Source: a virus
Lineage: Duplodnaviria; Heunggongvirae; Uroviricota; Caudoviricetes
IMG/VR virus record: IMGVR_UViG_2778261246_000007
Length of the DNA: 12,678 nt
Direction: 5' to 3' (one strand)
Position 1 is the stretch's first letter. Each line of letters starts with the position of its first letter. The position numbers and the translations under genes were made by a program. Below the pieces are notes generated by a model. That model saw nothing but the letters and a program-made list of their open reading frames with translations, ran no database searches and was not told the DNA's origin. Shown one piece after another: positions 8,192 to 12,678 of the stretch.

Positions 8192-10985
8192 TATCCGGGT
8201 CGCTTTCAGCGCCGTTGACAGGCTGACCCGGCCTGCCGAAAACGCCCGCCGCCTGATGGGGCAGTTTGGTGACTCCATCCAGCGAACGCAGGGGGCGATC
8301 AAAAATCTCGAGCGTCAGGCGCGTTCATTTGAGCGCGCCCGTGACGCTGTCAGTAAAGCGGATGCGGGCATCGTGAAAGCACGACGCCAGCTTAACGCCC
8401 TTAATCAGTTACAACGCACGGGTACAGTGCTCAGCGAAAAACAACAAAAGCTGATGCAGCAGTTAAGCACCCGGCTTGAACGCCTGAATGAATCGCGCAC
8501 ACGGGAAATTCAGAAAATGCGGGAGCTTGGCGGAGAACTGAAACGCCACGGCATTTCCCTGACAGGCAGCGATAACACCATTCAGCAGGCCATCAGACGC
8601 ACCGAACAATACAACAACCAGCTTGAACGCGAACGGCAGGCGCTTGCGCGTGTAACGCGGGCGCGTGAGCGGTATTCGCGCGCGCAGGAAACAGCGGGAA
8701 AACTGAAAACAGGTGGTGCGCTGGCAATTGGTGCGGCAGCGGCGGGCGGCTATGCTGCCGAGCGTTTTTTGCAGCCTGCGATCGGGTTCGGGAAAGAGAT
8801 GTCCCGCGTTCAGGCACTGACGCGAATCGACAAAAACAGCCCGCAGTTTAAGGCGCTGCGTGAGCAGGCGTTAAAACTTGGCTCTGAAACGCAGTTCACC
8901 GCAGGCGATGCCGCCAGTGGGCAGGCATTTCTTGCAATGGCTGGCTTCACACCGCAGGCCATTCAGGCTGCGCTCCCTGGCGTACTGAGCATGGCAACGG
9001 CTGGCGGTATGGACCTCGGTGAGACGGCGGATATTGGCTCAAATATTCTGACGCAGTTCGGTCTTTCTGCTGACCAGATGGACCGGGTCGGCGACACACT
9101 CACCGCAGCGTTTACCCGTACCAACACTGACCTTCGCGCACTGGGTGAAACCATGAAATATGCAGGTCCGGTGGCGGGTAAGCTGGGAATATCGCTGGAG
9201 CAGGCCGCAGCGATGGCGGGCGTGCTGGCGAATATGGGTATCAGGGGGAGTGATGCTGGTACGGCAATGCGTGCCAGCCTGGCTCGTCTGGCATCACCGC
9301 CAAAGGCGGCAGCAGAGGCGCTGAAAGAGCTTGGCGTGTCTGTCTCGGATGCCGGGGGCAAAATGCGCCCGATGGAGGATGTGCTGGCTGACCTTTATAA
9401 AGCTACCCGCAAATACGGGGAAGTTGACCGGGTATCGTTCTTTAAGGACATTGCCGGAGAAGAGGCTTTCACATCATTTATGGCCCTCGTTGATGCGGCA
9501 GGTGACGGCTCCTTACCCAAACTGAGAAAAGAACTTGAAGGCGCGCGCGGTGAGGCTGAACGCACGGCAAAGGTTATGGCCAACAACCTTGACGGCGATC
9601 TGAAATCACTCAGCAGTGCATGGGAAGGGTTGCGCATCCGCATTGCAGATCTGATTGACGGTCCGCTGCGTTCTGTCACGCAGTGGCTCACGCGTGTGGT
9701 ATCAAAGGTGACGGCGCTGGCGCAGGCCCATCCCGCACTGACGCGCCAGCTACTGATTGCAGGCGGTGCACTGCTGGCAATGACTGCAACGGTTGGCTCG
9801 TTGTCGCTGGCTATTGGTGTGTTTGCTGGCCCGCTGGCAAAACTGCGTCTTGGTTTTTCCCTCCTGACCGGATCAATGAATGCTGTCAGGGTTCTGCCAG
9901 CACTATGGGGAATGGTGACGGGTTCCGTTTCTTTACTGGGAGGCGCTATCGGGGCGTTGTTCAGTCCGGTTGGTCTTATCGTGGTTGCGCTTGCCGGAGC
10001 TGCCGTTCTTATCTGGAAATACTGGGATCCCATCAGGGCATTTTTTGCCGGAGTGTTCAGCGGGATTATGGAAAGGCTGACCCCGTTGCGCGAAACCTTT
10101 GAACGGTTTGGTCCTGTTTTTGACGCAATCGGGAGTGGGATCAGCCAGGTGTTTAACTGGTTTAAATCGCTGCTGTCACCGATGGAGTCCAGCAAGGAAA
10201 CTCTGGATAAATGTACCAGTGCTGGCGAGATATTCGGTAACGTTCTTGGCGGTGCGTTACAACTTGTTCTGACACCTGCAAAAATGTTGCTGGATACGCT
10301 GGCGTGGATACTTGAAAAGCTTGGTGTGCTTCCGGATGAAGCGGAAAGGGCGCGCAAGAAAATCGAAGACGCACAGCGTGCGGCCATTCTTCAGGACAAG
10401 GTTGCCTTGCTTCAGGGGGACCTGGCGAAAATCAATCCGCCGAAGCCTGTGGAAAATGGCAATGGCACCGGAGGTGATAACCCCAAAGACAATAAACCGC
10501 TCACAGACAGCAATACCGGTACGCTGCGCAGACTCAGCAAAATTGCTGATAACACAGGTAAGCTGGTTGATGAGACGAAAAAACGCATTGGCCCCGGCGA
10601 TATTGTCTTTAAGAACCTGCCCCGCGCACTTGCTGTTCGTGGGGAGTGGCAGGAGCGGAAGATTGCACAGGTCAGTAAGCCTGCTTCCGCAATCAACATC
10701 ACACCTGTGGTCCCGGCTCCGCTGCCTCCGGCGCTGGTCCCTGTTGTTGCGGCCAGCTCCCGCCCGGTGGCGGAGGCCATACGATCGCCAGTGGCATCAG
10801 TTCCTGCAACTTCCCGTAACCGGGAGCCTGCTGTCTCCGGATTTTGCGGTGAAATTCATGTTCATCTGCATAACGTTGTTACGCAGAATCCCCGCGAACT
10901 GGCGAAACTGGTCGGTGAAATGGTCAGGGCAGAAATGGAACGGCGCGCCCGTGCCGGGCGTGGCAGTTTTTACGATAAAGATTGA
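8178..10985 (+). CDS. T: Tail tape measure protein (P2 gpT-like)
   Basis: 935 aa; coiled-coil-rich N-terminal part, Gly/Ala-rich hydrophobic central segments and a Pro-rich C-terminal region; sits between E/E' and U. Confidence 0.9.
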   Translation: MKTLDIRVAFSAVDRLTRPAENARRLMGQFGDSIQRTQGAIKNLERQARSFERARDAVSKADAGIVKARRQLNALNQLQRTGTVLSEKQQKLMQQLSTRLERLNESRTREIQKMRELGGELKRHGISLTGSDNTIQQAIRRTEQYNNQLERERQALARVTRARERYSRAQETAGKLKTGGALAIGAAAAGGYAAERFLQPAIGFGKEMSRVQALTRIDKNSPQFKALREQALKLGSETQFTAGDAASGQAFLAMAGFTPQAIQAALPGVLSMATAGGMDLGETADIGSNILTQFGLSADQMDRVGDTLTAAFTRTNTDLRALGETMKYAGPVAGKLGISLEQAAAMAGVLANMGIRGSDAGTAMRASLARLASPPKAAAEALKELGVSVSDAGGKMRPMEDVLADLYKATRKYGEVDRVSFFKDIAGEEAFTSFMALVDAAGDGSLPKLRKELEGARGEAERTAKVMANNLDGDLKSLSSAWEGLRIRIADLIDGPLRSVTQWLTRVVSKVTALAQAHPALTRQLLIAGGALLAMTATVGSLSLAIGVFAGPLAKLRLGFSLLTGSMNAVRVLPALWGMVTGSVSLLGGAIGALFSPVGLIVVALAGAAVLIWKYWDPIRAFFAGVFSGIMERLTPLRETFERFGPVFDAIGSGISQVFNWFKSLLSPMESSKETLDKCTSAGEIFGNVLGGALQLVLTPAKMLLDTLAWILEKLGVLPDEAERARKKIEDAQRAAILQDKVALLQGDLAKINPPKPVENGNGTGGDNPKDNKPLTDSNTGTLRRLSKIADNTGKLVDETKKRIGPGDIVFKNLPRALAVRGEWQERKIAQVSKPASAINITPVVPAPLPPALVPVVAASSRPVAEAIRSPVASVPATSRNREPAVSGFCGEIHVHLHNVVTQNPRELAKLVGEMVRAEMERRARAGRGSFYDKD

Positions 10986-10997
10986 GGAGTCATGGCC

Positions 10998-11486
10998 ATG
11001 ATGATGATCTATGGCATGTTTGTTTTTGAGCTGCGCACGCTGCCGCATCAGCAGTTACAGCAAAACAAAAGCTGGCGGCATGTGAAAAATGAACGCGTTA
11101 ACCGTTCAGCAAGCTGGCAGTATATCGGTGCAGGTGATGATCGCATCGTTCTTTCTGGTGTGCTTTATCCTGAAATTACAGGTGGCGAAGTGTCGCTGTC
11201 GCTGCTGACCACGCAGGCGTATACAGGACGACCCTGGCCTTTGATTGATGGCGTCGGGCAGATTTACGGCATGTATGTCCTGACCGGAACGAATACGATC
11301 CGTTCCGAGTTTGATCGCTACGGTAAGGCGAAAAAGATAGAATTTTCACTGACCCTTGAACGCTGTGATGAGGATTTGCGGGAGCGCCTGCAATCCTCAT
11401 CGTTCAGCGATATGCTGTCCGGCTTCAAAGATAAGGTGGCGTCATCCCTTAACAGTGCGGTCAGTTCTGTTAAGGGACTGTTCTGA
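10998..11486 (+). CDS. U: Tail protein gpU-like
   Basis: About 162 aa starting MMMIYGMFVFELRTLP..., resembling P2 gpU as I recall it. GGAG lies 9 nt upstream of ATG 10998; ATG 10992 is an alternative start. Confidence 0.82.
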   Translation: MMMIYGMFVFELRTLPHQQLQQNKSWRHVKNERVNRSASWQYIGAGDDRIVLSGVLYPEITGGEVSLSLLTTQAYTGRPWPLIDGVGQIYGMYVLTGTNTIRSEFDRYGKAKKIEFSLTLERCDEDLRERLQSSSFSDMLSGFKDKVASSLNSAVSSVKGLF

Positions 11487-11529
11487 TTTAACGCAAATCA
11501 CAAATAGTTAGATAAACAGAAATAACGAT

Positions 11530-11556
11530 AAGGCCCGATATTCGGGCCTTTCGTTT
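11530..11556. terminator. Bidirectional rho-independent terminator between convergent U and tail-fibre assembly genes
   Basis: Stem aaggcccg (11530-11537), loop atatt, cgggcctt (11543-11550), followed by tcgtttatt on the + strand and by atcgttatttctgttt on the minus strand. Confidence 0.65.
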
Positions 11557-12088
11557 ATTCTGGTTGATCAGGGAACGTAACGGGTAATTCAGTGGTATCA
11601 GTGGTCTCAACTTGTTGCACGTACCGCATCCAGCGCATCAGTTGTTGCTTATCTGAATCACTGATAATCCCTAATGCAAGCTGGGTCTGCCAGAACTGCG
11701 TTTTTTCTCTGGCCTGCTGTAATAACCTTTGTTTCTGGTTTTCAGCCTGCAAGCGTTGCTCTTCTTCGGTATACACACGTTTAATGACTGAGCCATCTTT
11801 AAACATCCAGTTACCTGAAATATCAGCGCGTCGGTTTGCTGTAATATTAGGCAACTCGACAACACTTTTTCCTTCCGGGCAAATTGCAGTTACATCCGTT
11901 TGCACGTCGCATATGACATTATTTTCATCATATGCAATCTTTATGGTGTCTGGCTGAAAGTTCTTTTGTTCCTCATACCAGTTTTTACCATCTTCAGCGA
12001 ATAACCAGACAACGCCGGAGTTTTTAGTTAACAGGTACTGTTCTTTTGTTTTTGGATTGCCCGGTTTTATATTTTTTAAATGCATCAT
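11555..12088 (-). CDS. Tail fibre assembly protein (Tfa / P2 gpG-like chaperone)
   Basis: 177 aa starting MMHLKNIKPGNPKTKEQY... with WYEEQKNFQPDT and C-terminal TDTTELPVTFPDQPE typical of Tfa proteins. ATG at 12086-12088 lies 2 nt from the upstream tail-fibre stop. Confidence 0.85.
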   Translation of the reverse strand: MMHLKNIKPGNPKTKEQYLLTKNSGVVWLFAEDGKNWYEEQKNFQPDTIKIAYDENNVICDVQTDVTAICPEGKSVVELPNITANRRADISGNWMFKDGSVIKRVYTEEEQRLQAENQKQRLLQQAREKTQFWQTQLALGIISDSDKQQLMRWMRYVQQVETTDTTELPVTFPDQPE

Positions 12089-12090
12089 AA

Positions 12091-12657
12091 TCAAACACTC
12101 GATACGTTATACCATGTACCATTAATATTTTTTTGAATTGGTCTGTAATAAACACCACCAATATTATCGGCAGAGTTTGAGCCTGTATCCTGAACGATAA
12201 TCCCGGTATATGCGCAACCAGATGGAGCCTGATGCGTCCATGTTGTACCGTTATTTGCTGGTTTATAGGATGACGCACCACCAAGTCTAATATCCCGGAC
12301 ATAGCGTGAATCAAAGTTGCCATAGTTAGATGGTGATACCTGCCCGTTAACAGCAAAAGTGATGCTGTTATCTGTATTTCTCTGACTGTAAAAATGCCAG
12401 CCTGCATCATCACCTAATTCAGCCACCACCGGACGACTTGCGTTTCCCCACAAATTGAATGCGGCTTCCTTCGTGGATGTATTGCTGCTGCTGACCGTGA
12501 ACTTTTTCCCGCTACCGGCACGTACTTTGGTACTTGAGACAATATCACCTGTGAGCTGGCCCCCTGAAATACCAGACAGTAGATGTATCTTAAAATAAGA
12601 GATAGGCTTGGATATATGTCTAACACTAGTTCTAATTTTGAGATGGCTGGCGTTTTG
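12091..12657 (-). CDS. Tail fibre C-terminal (receptor-binding) segment, start-less within the window
   Basis: The frame is open from 12657 down to the stop at 12091-12093 and ends ...GGVYYRPIQKNINGTWYNVSSV. The only in-frame canonical start is TTG at 12451-12453. An in-frame stop at 12658-12660 lies upstream, and the other frames there do not look coding. Confidence 0.5.
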   Translation of the reverse strand, partial: QNASHLKIRTSVRHISKPISYFKIHLLSGISGGQLTGDIVSSTKVRAGSGKKFTVSSSNTSTKEAAFNLWGNASRPVVAELGDDAGWHFYSQRNTDNSITFAVNGQVSPSNYGNFDSRYVRDIRLGGASSYKPANNGTTWTHQAPSGCAYTGIIVQDTGSNSADNIGGVYYRPIQKNINGTWYNVSSV

Positions 12658-12678
12658 TTAGGAAAAGAGGTGCGTAAA

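Larger units (their letters stand above)
332..12678. mobile_element. P2-like prophage late/tail region (partial), with cargo insert and rearranged gene order
   Basis: ogr, D, FI, FII, E/E', T, U, tfa and a tail-fibre segment are all present. No integrase, att site or replication genes are in the window. Confidence 0.8.

Noticed and set aside
8963-10387. Long reverse-strand ORFs (330 aa and 132 aa) and the + strand ORFs 9683..10102 and 10312..11001 inside the tape-measure gene
   Set aside because: They lie wholly within the well-supported T gene; their translations are low-complexity and Ala/Ser/Pro/Arg-rich, typical of open off-frames in GC-rich coding DNA.
12600-12670. Din-invertase (gix/cix/hix-type) crossover site at the 5' edge of the tail-fibre segment
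   Set aside because: Only a weak partial resemblance (ttcctaacaaaacg on the minus strand); no clear 26-bp site and no invertase gene in the window.
12414-12678. Open frame running from the window end to 12414 on the minus strand (track ORF 12414..12626)
   Set aside because: The translation (LDIYPSLSLILRYIYCLVFQG...) is not protein-like and it overlaps the tail-fibre frame; it is not the N-terminal continuation of the fibre.
1-12678. CRISPR arrays, tRNA or rRNA genes, IS elements or transposases
   Set aside because: No regularly spaced direct repeats, no tRNA-like structure and no transposase- or integrase-like ORF were recognised anywhere in the window.

Overview
This window is the late/tail region of a P2-like (Peduovirus-type) prophage carrying an AT-rich cargo insert. 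From left to right: a Hok/Gef-family type I toxin gene (-), an Ogr/Delta-type zinc-finger late activator (-), then about 4 kb of AT-rich DNA with a translationally coupled two-gene operon on the + strand encoding a SIR2-like protein and a HerA-type ATPase. This pair matches the described SIR2-HerA antiphage family, so it is a new instance in an unusual location rather than a new system type. The insert sits between ogr and the tail gene D (-). Next come FI (sheath), FII (tube), E with a -1 frameshift extension E', T (tape measure) and U, all on the + strand, then a bidirectional terminator, a convergent tail-fibre assembly gene (-) and a start-less tail-fibre C-terminal segment (-). The gene order is not canonical for P2: D is divergent from FI-U instead of following U. 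All calls rest on motif and synteny recognition by eye; no database search was run.
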